The notes beneath the pieces were generated by a model, which saw only the letters and a program-made list of their open reading frames with translations, was not told the DNA's origin and made no database searches. From IMG/VR virus record IMGVR_UViG_3300037467_001352, positions 1-54,750 of that record: a stretch of DNA of 54,750 nt; one strand, given 5' to 3'. This DNA comes from a virus. Its lineage: Duplodnaviria; Caudoviricetes. This document shows positions 43,854 through 52,537 of this stretch, piece by piece; position 1 is the first letter of the stretch, and the number at the start of each line of letters is the position of its first letter. Made by a program: the position numbers and the translations under genes.

Positions 43854-46399
43854 TGACGCGATCCAAGATAGGCAGGGTTGGAGCGAAAACTTTTGGAAAC
43901 GGCTTGAACAGCCTGTTCAACGGCGCGGCGATTGCTGTCGTCAACGTAAGCCTTGATCCGCGCTTCGCTGCCGGGATCGGCGCCGCGAAAATCGTTGTAG
44001 TTGGTGATTGAAACACTCGGCTTGCCGGATCCGACCGGCGCGAGTTGTTTCATTTGACCAGGGGTCAGAACGGACTCGTCGTTGCGAATGATCGCCGCCC
44101 GCTCGCCGGGGCCGATGCCGGTGTGGAAACGGGGAGCGTTGTTGAATACTGCGGGGTCAACATTGCGAACGAATGTCCACGGGTCGCCTGGACCTTTACC
44201 GCTGTGGGCGCCGCCGGCCGGCAGCGGACCAACGAATGAGTTGGTTCCCCATCCTGGCAATTCACCGCCGCCACCGATGCCGAGTAAGGATAACAGACCG
44301 CCTCCGCTCCGACTTCCCCCGAACGCCGCCTGCCATAAGCCCTGACTGGCCATGTCCATCAGTTTCGACGCAATGCTATTCAGCGCGCTCATGCCGGCCG
44401 CTTTGATAGCGTCGAAGAACTTGGCACCGTTCGCCAGTTGGCTTTGGAGCGTCTGCAACGGGCCGCGGACGAGGTTTTCGTAACCCCACCGCATATTGTC
44501 CGCACGCTGCGCGGCATCGCCAAGCGCCTGCGCCTCTGCGGCGATCGCAGCGCGGTTTGCGTCAGTCAGTTCTTTGTGGTTTCGCTTCGCTTCGTTCAGG
44601 AGATTTTGTTCGGCGGTGTACGCCTGTGCGGCACCGACCGACATGCCGATCGTTTCCGCTTCGACGCGCTGTGCGTCCGTCTGCGCCTTCAGAGCAAGAG
44701 TGCCGAGATTCTGTTCTTCGGCCAGTTGCTTGAGGAGTTCCGCGCGCTTAGAATCGATACCGACGTTGTTCAGACCGGCAGATGCCAACTGCAGTTCGAC
44801 GGCGCGGCGCGCTTCCGTGGCCGTCGTGGTGGCGCCGAGCAGACCGAGATACTGCTGCGCTTTGGAAATCCGGTCTTGCTGGATTGCCTTTTCGGTAGCC
44901 CAGTCGCGGGTGTCACCCTGACCGGACATTTGCTTTGCGCGGTTCTGCAGCGCTGTTAAAAGTGAGTCGCTGCCAGACGGACCATTGCCGAGCGCGCCAA
45001 AAGCGCCACTCACTAGGCTATTGGGTGTAGCACCCTGACCGCGGATTCCGTTTACGGCATCGACCACGCCTTGATTGACGCGACGCTCGCGACCGGATTG
45101 CGTAGCATTTCGCGCAGCTCGGGCGAGGTTGCCCAATTTGCCGAGCACATCAGCGATGGCGAGGGTAGCGCTGTCTTTCCATTGCTGCCAATACGTTTGC
45201 CACGCATCGCGCACGCGCTGCGCTGCTTGAACTTGCGACTCCGACAGTTTCGACGTCTGGTCGATCTGCTGCTTGATCGCATCGGCGCCTTGCGACATGA
45301 ACCGCACCATTTCCATGGTGGCGGGCAAACCTGCTTGCTGCAGGATGGACATGCGCGCGGTATCGTTCTTTGTGCGAGCGACAAGGTCCGCGACTTTAAA
45401 AAAGGCATCGCCCGTGTCGGATACGGTGACTTTATTCGCCCGTAGCAGTTGCCCGAGTTCGCCAACGCCGGCTTTCGCCAAGGGAATTTGCTGGTTGAAC
45501 GCCACCAACGCCGACGACATGGCATTGTTGTCGATACCCTTCGTTCCCGCGGCGGAAATAATGCCCTGAACGTTTCCGGATCCAAGGCCGGTCAATTTGC
45601 CGATATCGCCGGTGCGGGCGATCTTGTCGTTCAGTTCCGCTACCGCCGCAGCCGCTTGTTTTGCTTGCGAAATTAAGTACCCCATGACGAAACGTTTCGT
45701 CAGGGTGTTCGCGAGATTAGTTCCGCTGCGATTCACCTTTTCGATTGGCGGTAATAGTTCTTCAAAGGCGGAAGCCGAATCTTTCGCAGATTTGCTTACG
45801 CGATCGATCCCGAGCGCAACATTGATCTGGCTCTGAGCAAACGAAGCATTCTGCTTCGCTCGAGCCGCGTCGATCATGTCCAGCTTTTTTGCTTGCTCTT
45901 GGAGTGCTGAAAAGGTTGCTCCGTTGGAAGTCGCAGATTTGCCGATGCCAAGGCGGCTTTCCAAATCGGATTTAAAGGCACTTCCGCTTTCTTTCGCTGC
46001 GAGTGAGGCGTTCTTTTGACTCTCAGCTAGGTCGTGATACGTGCGCGCAAGGTCTGCAATTACCGTCGCGGCTTGACTATCTGCCTTGGTAGAAGTCGCG
46101 CGGAGTGCGTTATAAGTGGTCAGTTCACTTCCGGACAGTTGTGTCCGAGCAATCAAATCCTCAAACGCGCGAATCGCCTTGACTTGTGCATCGGAAAGCT
46201 TCGATGTGATACCATAAGCGTCGGCAAGAGCTTCGCTGTAGCCTTCGGTAGCACGACCGCCCATACTTGCGGCGCGCTCAATTTTTGTAAGTTGATCTTC
46301 TGCTTTCTTGCCGGAAGTCGCGAGTGCGTCGAGGTCTTGCGATGCTTTATCCGCATCGCTCGAATCGATTTTCAGACCAAGGGTCGCGATATCTGCCAT
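43850..46399 (-). CDS. Tail tape measure protein
   Basis: MADIATLGLKIDS start; Ala-rich helical; downstream of the chaperones. Confidence 0.88.
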   Translation of the reverse strand: MADIATLGLKIDSSDADKASQDLDALATSGKKAEDQLTKIERAASMGGRATEGYSEALADAYGITSKLSDAQVKAIRAFEDLIARTQLSGSELTTYNALRATSTKADSQAATVIADLARTYHDLAESQKNASLAAKESGSAFKSDLESRLGIGKSATSNGATFSALQEQAKKLDMIDAARAKQNASFAQSQINVALGIDRVSKSAKDSASAFEELLPPIEKVNRSGTNLANTLTKRFVMGYLISQAKQAAAAVAELNDKIARTGDIGKLTGLGSGNVQGIISAAGTKGIDNNAMSSALVAFNQQIPLAKAGVGELGQLLRANKVTVSDTGDAFFKVADLVARTKNDTARMSILQQAGLPATMEMVRFMSQGADAIKQQIDQTSKLSESQVQAAQRVRDAWQTYWQQWKDSATLAIADVLGKLGNLARAARNATQSGRERRVNQGVVDAVNGIRGQGATPNSLVSGAFGALGNGPSGSDSLLTALQNRAKQMSGQGDTRDWATEKAIQQDRISKAQQYLGLLGATTTATEARRAVELQLASAGLNNVGIDSKRAELLKQLAEEQNLGTLALKAQTDAQRVEAETIGMSVGAAQAYTAEQNLLNEAKRNHKELTDANRAAIAAEAQALGDAAQRADNMRWGYENLVRGPLQTLQSQLANGAKFFDAIKAAGMSALNSIASKLMDMASQGLWQAAFGGSRSGGGLLSLLGIGGGGELPGWGTNSFVGPLPAGGAHSGKGPGDPWTFVRNVDPAVFNNAPRFHTGIGPGERAAIIRNDESVLTPGQMKQLAPVGSGKPSVSITNYNDFRGADPGSEARIKAYVDDSNRRAVEQAVQAVSKSFRSNPAYLGSRQ

Positions 46400-46463
46400 T
46401 TCAATCCCAACAAGACACACCAGCGGCGACCCCTTGCGGGGTCAAAGCGGGCGATCGCGGTGA

Positions 46464-46706
46464 CTATTTCGGTGCGCCAGCGGCGCGAAACACGGCAAAA
46501 ACTTTTTGCGGGTCAGGCGGCACGGGTTCTGACGCTGGTTGCGTTCCGCTGCCGTGAGTGATTTTCAACATTTCGATCCGACCGCGCATGGCGAGTTCGA
46601 TCGAAGGAATTGTCGTGTCGAGCGTTTCCTGCTCAGTCCAGCCGAGCCAACCCATGCCGTCCATAAGCAACCGGTCGTAATATTCCGACCGGGTTAGGAC
46701 TCCCCC
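46464..46706 (-). CDS. Tail assembly chaperone, -1 frameshift extension
   Basis: Open in the -1 frame from GGGGGAG (46706-46700): GGVLTRSEYYDRLLMDGMGWLGW. Confidence 0.6.
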   Translation of the reverse strand, partial: GGVLTRSEYYDRLLMDGMGWLGWTEQETLDTTIPSIELAMRGRIEMLKITHGSGTQPASEPVPPDPQKVFAVFRAAGAPK

Positions 46707-47017
46707 ACCGGCGCGGTGCCTTCCTCTTGAACGGGCTTGCCGCCATTCGCGAGCAGACCGATGTATTCAAGCAACGGGTCAACCAGTGGCGGTAGACCGG
46801 TGCTGTAAACCGCTTCCTCGACTTCATTGACTTTCTTGTTCAAGCCGGCGGCGATCACGACGAAGAACGCGTCCTGCCCGAGTTCGCCAATCTTGCGAAA
46901 GGCGGTCGGGTAGTCGCCGAAGTAGGCATTGACGGTTTTTGCTGCGCGCAACGTACAGCGCAGCGTGTGCGCCTCGCCGTTCAGAGTGATTTCGACGTCG
47001 CCGGGCTGGACAGGCAT
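46694..47017 (-). CDS. Tail assembly chaperone
   Basis: Between tail tube and TMP genes; LLANGG motif; slippery end. Confidence 0.75.
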   Translation of the reverse strand: MPVQPGDVEITLNGEAHTLRCTLRAAKTVNAYFGDYPTAFRKIGELGQDAFFVVIAAGLNKKVNEVEEAVYSTGLPPLVDPLLEYIGLLANGGKPVQEEGTAPVGES

Positions 47018-47038
47018 TGAATTCCTCGCGGGGTTACG

Positions 47039-47075
47039 AAAAAGCCCTCCGGCGACGGGCGTGTCACCGAAGGGC
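47039..47075 (-). terminator. Intrinsic terminator after the tail tube gene
   Basis: GCCCTTCGGTGAC-N6-GTCGCCGGAGGGC-TTTTT. Confidence 0.75.
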
Positions 47076-47113
47076 GAGGCGTGGAGGGCAGTTCACAGTG
47101 TGGCAGAATTACT

Positions 47114-47126
47114 GCGAACTGTCAAC
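47114..47126 (-). promoter_or_regulatory. 13-bp motif/promoter
   Basis: GTTGACAGTTCGC; N17-CACACT. Confidence 0.65.
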
Positions 47127-47129
47127 AAA

Positions 47130-47849
47130 TCAGGGCAGACGCGGGGTATCCGCAATCGACCCGGAAATGATTTCGAGCAGCGACGTCGCCATGACCACGG
47201 CATCTTTCTGGCCGTAATTGGTCTTGAACGTCATGACGAGCGCCTTGAGCATCTGCTGCGATCCGGCCGGCACAGTCGTAACCGTATGCGTCCCGGTCTG
47301 CGTGCTGCTGGTGTTGACAGCCGTTCCCGCGAGCGCATTGGACAACGAGGTCGCCACCGCAAAGCTGTTCGTCAACAGCGTCGCACCGGAGCACACGTAA
47401 TAAGTCGTGCCGGCGGTCAGACCGGTCGGCAGAGTACCGGTCGTGGAGAACTTGACAGCAGTACCGGCAGGCAGACCGTGGTTGTTCCACGACACCACAC
47501 CGGGCGAAGCGATCGTGATCGTCGCGACTGCCGACACGACCGGTGCCGCGTCGTTGGCGACGATCTTGAAGTTGTATTGCGAATCGCTATTCGAGGCGGC
47601 GAGCATTGCAGCCTGACCGGCGTCGCTCAGATTCTTGCCAAGGCTGACAAGCACGCTGCCATCGTTATAGCCACCCTTGAACTTCTGAACGCCGCGCAGC
47701 TTGATCGGATTGTATTCGATTTTGCTGTACTCGCGGCCGAACTCCGGAACCTCGACGATTTCCGCGACTTCGGTGTAGGTGTCGGTCGTCGGGTCAACGG
47801 CGGTCGTGCCGATATAGAGCGACAGACCGGTCGAAACGGAAGCACCCAT
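47130..47849 (-). CDS. Major tail tube protein with inserted beta-domain
   Basis: VPEFG...QKFKGGYNDG...D.GQ; insert ITIASPGVV...HGL...TTYYV. Confidence 0.8.
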   Translation of the reverse strand: MGASVSTGLSLYIGTTAVDPTTDTYTEVAEIVEVPEFGREYSKIEYNPIKLRGVQKFKGGYNDGSVLVSLGKNLSDAGQAAMLAASNSDSQYNFKIVANDAAPVVSAVATITIASPGVVSWNNHGLPAGTAVKFSTTGTLPTGLTAGTTYYVCSGATLLTNSFAVATSLSNALAGTAVNTSSTQTGTHTVTTVPAGSQQMLKALVMTFKTNYGQKDAVVMATSLLEIISGSIADTPRLP

Positions 47850-47861
47850 TGCGTGGACTCC

Positions 47862-48275
47862 TTAGTTGATCAGCAGATAAGGGATGCTCACGGGAAACCT
47901 GACCCACGGCGCATCCTTTACCGCGGCGGCGATAGTCGGCTCTTTCAGGAATTGCAGCCGGTAGCTTCCCGCTACGAGCACAGTGCCGATTGCGAATCGT
48001 GCGGCGACTAGGGCCGCGAGACGGAGGCCGGGGGCCTCGCCTTTATTGTCGGGGACCACGGCGTCGACTTGGAAAACGCCGCGATTGAATTTGCTGGACG
48101 TGAAAGCAAGCCCAAGCCGATCCGGCTCCGCGCGCATGACCGGATGCGCTTCAAGATACGGCCCCGACGTCGGCGGCGTGAACGCGACCAGGGGCGAGGC
48201 GACCGGCGTGTCAGGCAATGTTCCCAACTGCGTCAACAGCGCCTTGAGAATTTCGACTTCAATCGGCTCGCTCAC
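47862..48275 (-). CDS. Tail terminator (DUF4128-like)
   Basis: FTPP..PYL, GVFQVD and PVSIPY; synteny. Confidence 0.75.
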   Translation of the reverse strand: MSEPIEVEILKALLTQLGTLPDTPVASPLVAFTPPTSGPYLEAHPVMRAEPDRLGLAFTSSKFNRGVFQVDAVVPDNKGEAPGLRLAALVAARFAIGTVLVAGSYRLQFLKEPTIAAAVKDAPWVRFPVSIPYLLIN

Positions 48276-48679
48276 TTCGGAACCTCATTCGCTGCCTTAT
48301 TCACCGCGGCGTTGAATTCCTCGATCGTGATGCGAACCATGCCGGCCGGAGCCTGTTTGGAATGGCCGTATTCGAGCCGGCGCGCATAGGGTAGGTTATT
48401 GACCAGATAAATAACCTCGCCAGCGCGCATGTTCAGCGCTTCGGCCGTCACCTTGGCGATCGTAGCGGTGCCGGCTTTGTCGTTGATTTCGACTGTTCCG
48501 GCCGGAATGGATCCGATAGCGACTTGCCAGTTGCCCTTGAATCGTCCGGTATCGACGGGCGATTTCGTGATGACACGCGAGAACAAGTCGAGTGCGACTT
48601 TACGCACCACCAGGTCCGCGTTGCCCTTGGCTTTCTCGACGAATTTTGCGATCTGCAGAGCGAAGATGCTGTCCGCCAT
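48272..48679 (-). CDS. HK97 gp10-like tail completion protein
   Basis: SPVDTGRFKGNW and NNLPYARRLEYGHSKQAPAGMV. Confidence 0.85.
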   Translation of the reverse strand: MADSIFALQIAKFVEKAKGNADLVVRKVALDLFSRVITKSPVDTGRFKGNWQVAIGSIPAGTVEINDKAGTATIAKVTAEALNMRAGEVIYLVNNLPYARRLEYGHSKQAPAGMVRITIEEFNAAVNKAANEVPK

Positions 48680-48681
48680 GG

Positions 48682-49077
48682 TCAGAAACGCAACTGGCAG
48701 TCGAACATGACAACCGTGCCGGCCGGCGCGAGGGTCACGGCGCGAACGATCGGCACCGCGACGCCGCCCACCACGAGCGCGTCGGGCGGCGTGATGTTGG
48801 TCACGCCGGCGTCGACGAGCGGCCCGGCCGCGACCAAGGCGCGGCGGTCAGTCATCAACACGTTGTCAGCGCTGCCGGCTTGTTGGTTCGATGCGGCGCG
48901 TTGCTGCGCCGTGTAATCGAGGATCACAGCGAGCGTTGCATAATCGGTCGTCGTCTGTGTCGGCTCCCAGGCAGGGCCGCTGTCGGTCGCGCGCCGGAGT
49001 GCCACCGCCTGACCGAATTCCGCGATCAGTTCGTCGGCATCGGTGCGGGATTCGAGATAATCGAAAGCGTCCGCCAT
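48682..49077 (-). CDS. Head-tail adaptor/stopper
   Basis: ADELIAEFGQAVALRR...; synteny. Confidence 0.7.
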   Translation of the reverse strand: MADAFDYLESRTDADELIAEFGQAVALRRATDSGPAWEPTQTTTDYATLAVILDYTAQQRAASNQQAGSADNVLMTDRRALVAAGPLVDAGVTNITPPDALVVGGVAVPIVRAVTLAPAGTVVMFDCQLRF

Positions 49078-49079
49078 GC

Positions 49080-49619
49080 TCAGGCCCGCACCAGATTGAC
49101 GTTGCCGGCACTGGCGCCCGGCGTGGACGTGACCAGTCCGCGTAACAGCCCTTCAACCACAATCAATCGATCCATGACCGGCGCACCGTCCATGTAGACG
49201 ACGTCCTTGCGGAGCGGGCCGACGCTCTTGCCGATGCTCTTGACCTGGCCTCCGCGCTCGAGGCGCGGTTCCAGCACGACGCCGGTCAAGGTCAATAGCG
49301 CGACCTCAATGCAGGCGTCGCGCAGCTGGACCGGGATTGCGTCGGCGGCGATCTGGAAATCGTCGCTGTCATAGAGAACCGCGCCACATCGCCCTTGGCG
49401 CGGCCATGCGAGCGACTGCGTCTCGTTCACTCGCACACCGACCCATCGGCTGCGGTACTGGTTGTCGAGATAGGTCGTCGCGCGCCGGAGCGCCTGTTCC
49501 TTCACGGCGTCGGTGCCTGTCCATGTCGCGATCCCGCGCGCCGTGAAATAGGCATCGGCGTCAGCGAGCGCAGTGTAGGAATCCGCGTCAGGCGCGCCGG
49601 GGGTGACAATCAGGGTCAT
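49080..49619 (-). CDS. Head-tail connector (DnaT-like family)
   Basis: ADSY...ADAYF..RG, ALRRATTYLD, QSLAWPR and IPVQLRDA. Confidence 0.8.
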   Translation of the reverse strand: MTLIVTPGAPDADSYTALADADAYFTARGIATWTGTDAVKEQALRRATTYLDNQYRSRWVGVRVNETQSLAWPRQGRCGAVLYDSDDFQIAADAIPVQLRDACIEVALLTLTGVVLEPRLERGGQVKSIGKSVGPLRKDVVYMDGAPVMDRLIVVEGLLRGLVTSTPGASAGNVNLVRA

Positions 49620-50050
49620 CAGAACACCTTTCGCCAATACAGGGTGTTTGCGAACGCCCACGGCGCCTTCGGCTCGAACAGCACGAACCCGGCACGGATG
49701 AGGTTGTTCGCTGACGGCAGGTTGGCCGTCGTATCGGTCACAAGACCGGCATAACCGGTGCGGCGAGCATGCGCCTCGCGCACGCGGATAAAGCGACGCT
49801 GCAATCCGTGACCGCGGAATTCGGGAAGTACACCGACACGGCAAAGGTAGCCCATGCCGACGTGCGTCGCGGCAGGCATATAGCCGCCATATGCGACGGG
49901 TCGATCGCCGGAAAACGCGAGCCACCAGTGCCCGGTTTCCGGCTTGATCGGCGGGGCAGATTCGAGGAAGGCAAGGCGGTCGAGCGCGTGGATTTCGTCG
50001 ACAACGTCATCGTCGTTGATATCCACGGCTCGAATGGAAAGGTCCGCCAT
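49619..50050 (-). CDS. GNAT acetyltransferase
   Basis: VGVLPEFRGHGLQ acetyl-CoA motif; N..SANNLIRAGF. Confidence 0.88.
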   Translation of the reverse strand: MADLSIRAVDINDDDVVDEIHALDRLAFLESAPPIKPETGHWWLAFSGDRPVAYGGYMPAATHVGMGYLCRVGVLPEFRGHGLQRRFIRVREAHARRTGYAGLVTDTTANLPSANNLIRAGFVLFEPKAPWAFANTLYWRKVF

Positions 50051-50062
50051 ACCCCGGCCTCG

Positions 50063-50380
50063 TTACTGCTTGGCGGCAAGCGCCTCTTCGATCACTTCCA
50101 CCGCCTGTTTGCGGTTCTCGACGGTGCGACCGGCGACGGCAGCGGCGATCGCTTTCAGGTCATCCGTCTTGCTCTTTTCCTTCCAATCGGCCGGAAGGCC
50201 GTCGAGCGGGCCGGGCGGAGGCGGGTTGCCGGGCGGAGGCGGCGGAACGAATGCCGGCGGCGCTTCGACAAAGAGTTCGTGCTTGCTCTTGTCGAAATCG
50301 GAGGCGTTAATTTCGACGAACGGACCTTGCGACTCCGGATGCGTCGACAGGATTTTCACGGTAGGACAGATATCGGACAC
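50063..50380 (-). CDS. Head-module hypothetical protein
   Basis: PTVKI...FVEINASDFD..KHELF; directly after the capsid gene. Confidence 0.7.
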   Translation of the reverse strand: MSDICPTVKILSTHPESQGPFVEINASDFDKSKHELFVEAPPAFVPPPPPGNPPPPGPLDGLPADWKEKSKTDDLKAIAAAVAGRTVENRKQAVEVIEEALAAKQ

Positions 50381-50465
50381 GCAATTCTCCTTGCGGTGGT
50401 GGACTCTATGAACGGCCCGGATGCACCGGGCCGTCTGTAGAACCCAACGATGGAGCCGCGGCGCC

Positions 50466-51632
50466 TTAGCCGAGCAGCAGTCCGCAGTAACGCGGAGCGA
50501 TCATCTTCACGCCCCATGCCAAGTTGACTTCGTAGCGAACCTGACGCTTCTGCTTGTAAATGCAGAATTCGTAGGCGATGCCCGAAACCGGATCCTGCAC
50601 AACCATTACGTCGTCCGCAGCGTCGCCACCTTCCGGCATGGCCGGGGCGCGAGTGGCGAGCTGGATCGCCGACCGCTGGAAGAACATATTGCGGGTCGCC
50701 GCCGCAACGACGGTGATTGCCTTGGTGGCCGCCGACATAGCAACCTTGAGGCCCGGTTCTGCAATCGTGATCGTGCCGCCGTTCGACACGTCCGTATCGC
50801 CGCTCACCACCAAATATTGGTTGGTGTCGCCCGCGAACGTGATGATATCGCCCGCGAGGATCGTGCCAGTACCCGCCGAAGCGAGCGTCAGCACGGTCGC
50901 GCCGACCGCGTAGCCGGCGTTATCGGTCGTTGCCGACGCACCCGTGCCGACCGCAACCGCACGCGCGACCTTGTCGGAGTTGTGGACGTCGAAGTTCTCC
51001 ACGCGGCCGATGGCACCGTTCCGCAGCAGGTCGTCGGTGCCGGCTTCGTTCACCTTGAACAAGCCTGACTGCTTGCCACGGATTTTCGCGATGGCGGCCG
51101 AACCGAGCACCATATGCCAGTCCGACTTCGGCGCGCCGTTGTCCTCGAGGATCGTCGCCGAGTTGGCGAAATCGGAGAGGTCAGCGGCGGTGCCGAACGG
51201 GGTCGTTCCAGCGGTGCCGACCGCACGGCTCGCCTTGATGTGCAGGGCGGCCAGGTCGGACTCGACTTCGTTCGAGAGAGTGCGGAGCGCTTGCGCGATG
51301 CGGTCACGGTTGATCTGACCGAGCGTGCCGGCGTTCTGCAGGCCTTTGGTTTCCTCGCCAGTGATACCAAACGGCACCGAACGGGCCTTGGTGATCTGCA
51401 TGTCGACGTAGTTGATGGTCTGCGCCGGAGCAGAGGCCGCAACGTTGGTCACGGTCAAGTCCTCCGCCTGCATCGGGCCGACAACAGGCGAACGCACATT
51501 TTCGCCGACCGCGGCGCGAACCGCCGACGCATCGCGCGAGACAGCCGGAATGAAACCGATCTGCTCGCGAGCGACGACGTCCATCGCCGCATAGATATCC
51601 GGCACGAGGCCGGTCAGAGTAAGGATAGCCAT
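50466..51632 (-). CDS. Major capsid protein (P22 coat-like family)
   Basis: 388 aa after the scaffold gene; DVVARE.GFIPAV and YEVNLAWGVK. Confidence 0.88.
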   Translation of the reverse strand: MAILTLTGLVPDIYAAMDVVAREQIGFIPAVSRDASAVRAAVGENVRSPVVGPMQAEDLTVTNVAASAPAQTINYVDMQITKARSVPFGITGEETKGLQNAGTLGQINRDRIAQALRTLSNEVESDLAALHIKASRAVGTAGTTPFGTAADLSDFANSATILEDNGAPKSDWHMVLGSAAIAKIRGKQSGLFKVNEAGTDDLLRNGAIGRVENFDVHNSDKVARAVAVGTGASATTDNAGYAVGATVLTLASAGTGTILAGDIITFAGDTNQYLVVSGDTDVSNGGTITIAEPGLKVAMSAATKAITVVAAATRNMFFQRSAIQLATRAPAMPEGGDAADDVMVVQDPVSGIAYEFCIYKQKRQVRYEVNLAWGVKMIAPRYCGLLLG

Positions 51633-51683
51633 GGGTCAGTTTGTCCTCGTGGAAAATGCGGCGCCGGAAGGCGAGCCGCGGGG

Positions 51684-52448
51684 TTAGTCGACGACCTTGA
51701 ATCCTTCCTTGACCTTCGAAGCGCGCTCGATTGGACCGAGCTTTTCGAAATCAGAACGGGTGATGGTCTTTTCGCCGGGCTTCCCGCCCTTCGACGGCGT
51801 CCCGCCGCCTCCTGCGCCCGAACCTTCGAAAAGACTCGGGTATTGCTTGACGACCTCTTTCATGAGGTCGTCGAATGTCGCGAAACCGTCAGCGCCGGTG
51901 CCAATCATCGGCGTCTTGCCATCGGCATTGAGGATTTTCATATTTGGTTCGCCGTTTTCGAACTTGAGTTCGACACGGTCGCCGAGAATTTTCGGCATCA
52001 CGGCGAGGCCTTCGGAGGTCGCCTTGACCTTGGTCAGCGCGCCGATCAGGCCCGCGTCGACGATCGCCTTGCGCGCCACGCCATACGCCGTGTCGCGTTC
52101 TTGGGTCAGACCGGTCAGTTTCCGTTCCGACTCGGTCTTGTGCTGCGCAAGCGCGGCGTCGAATTCTTCTTTCGACTTACCACCCTTACCGACCTTGCCA
52201 GCATCGATATCGGCCAGAAGCGACGCGATTTCCTCGTGGGTCTTGCCGCCCGCCGCCGTTTCCCATGCGTTCAGGGCGTGCCGGCGCTGTGCCGCTTCAT
52301 TGTTCGCGGCTGTAAGCGCAGACCGCGGCACGTAAGTCTTTTCGAGGCCGGCGACGTTCAGGTGAAACTTGCCGTCTTTCTCGGCATATTCACCACGGAA
52401 AGCCTCCGGCACGGAATCGATAGAGTCGACAACAAAGTCCAAAGCCAT
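51684..52448 (-). CDS. Capsid scaffolding protein
   Basis: DSIDSVPEAFRGEYAEKDGKF, coiled coil, GSGAGGG, TITRSDF; precedes the capsid gene. Confidence 0.78.
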   Translation of the reverse strand: MALDFVVDSIDSVPEAFRGEYAEKDGKFHLNVAGLEKTYVPRSALTAANNEAAQRRHALNAWETAAGGKTHEEIASLLADIDAGKVGKGGKSKEEFDAALAQHKTESERKLTGLTQERDTAYGVARKAIVDAGLIGALTKVKATSEGLAVMPKILGDRVELKFENGEPNMKILNADGKTPMIGTGADGFATFDDLMKEVVKQYPSLFEGSGAGGGGTPSKGGKPGEKTITRSDFEKLGPIERASKVKEGFKVVD

Positions 52449-52537
52449 TTCAGCATCTCGCTGTTAGAACCTGCATCCCGCAGGCGGGGGCGATCGCGCA
52501 GACGCGCGTCAAATGTGGAAAGCGGCAGCGGCGGGGG

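Noticed and set aside
3206-47126. 13-bp motif as a LexA, PhoB, CtrA or parS site
   Set aside because: Its 7-bp period does not fit GTTC-N7-GTTC, the 11-bp-period Pho or CtrA boxes, or the 16-bp parS palindrome
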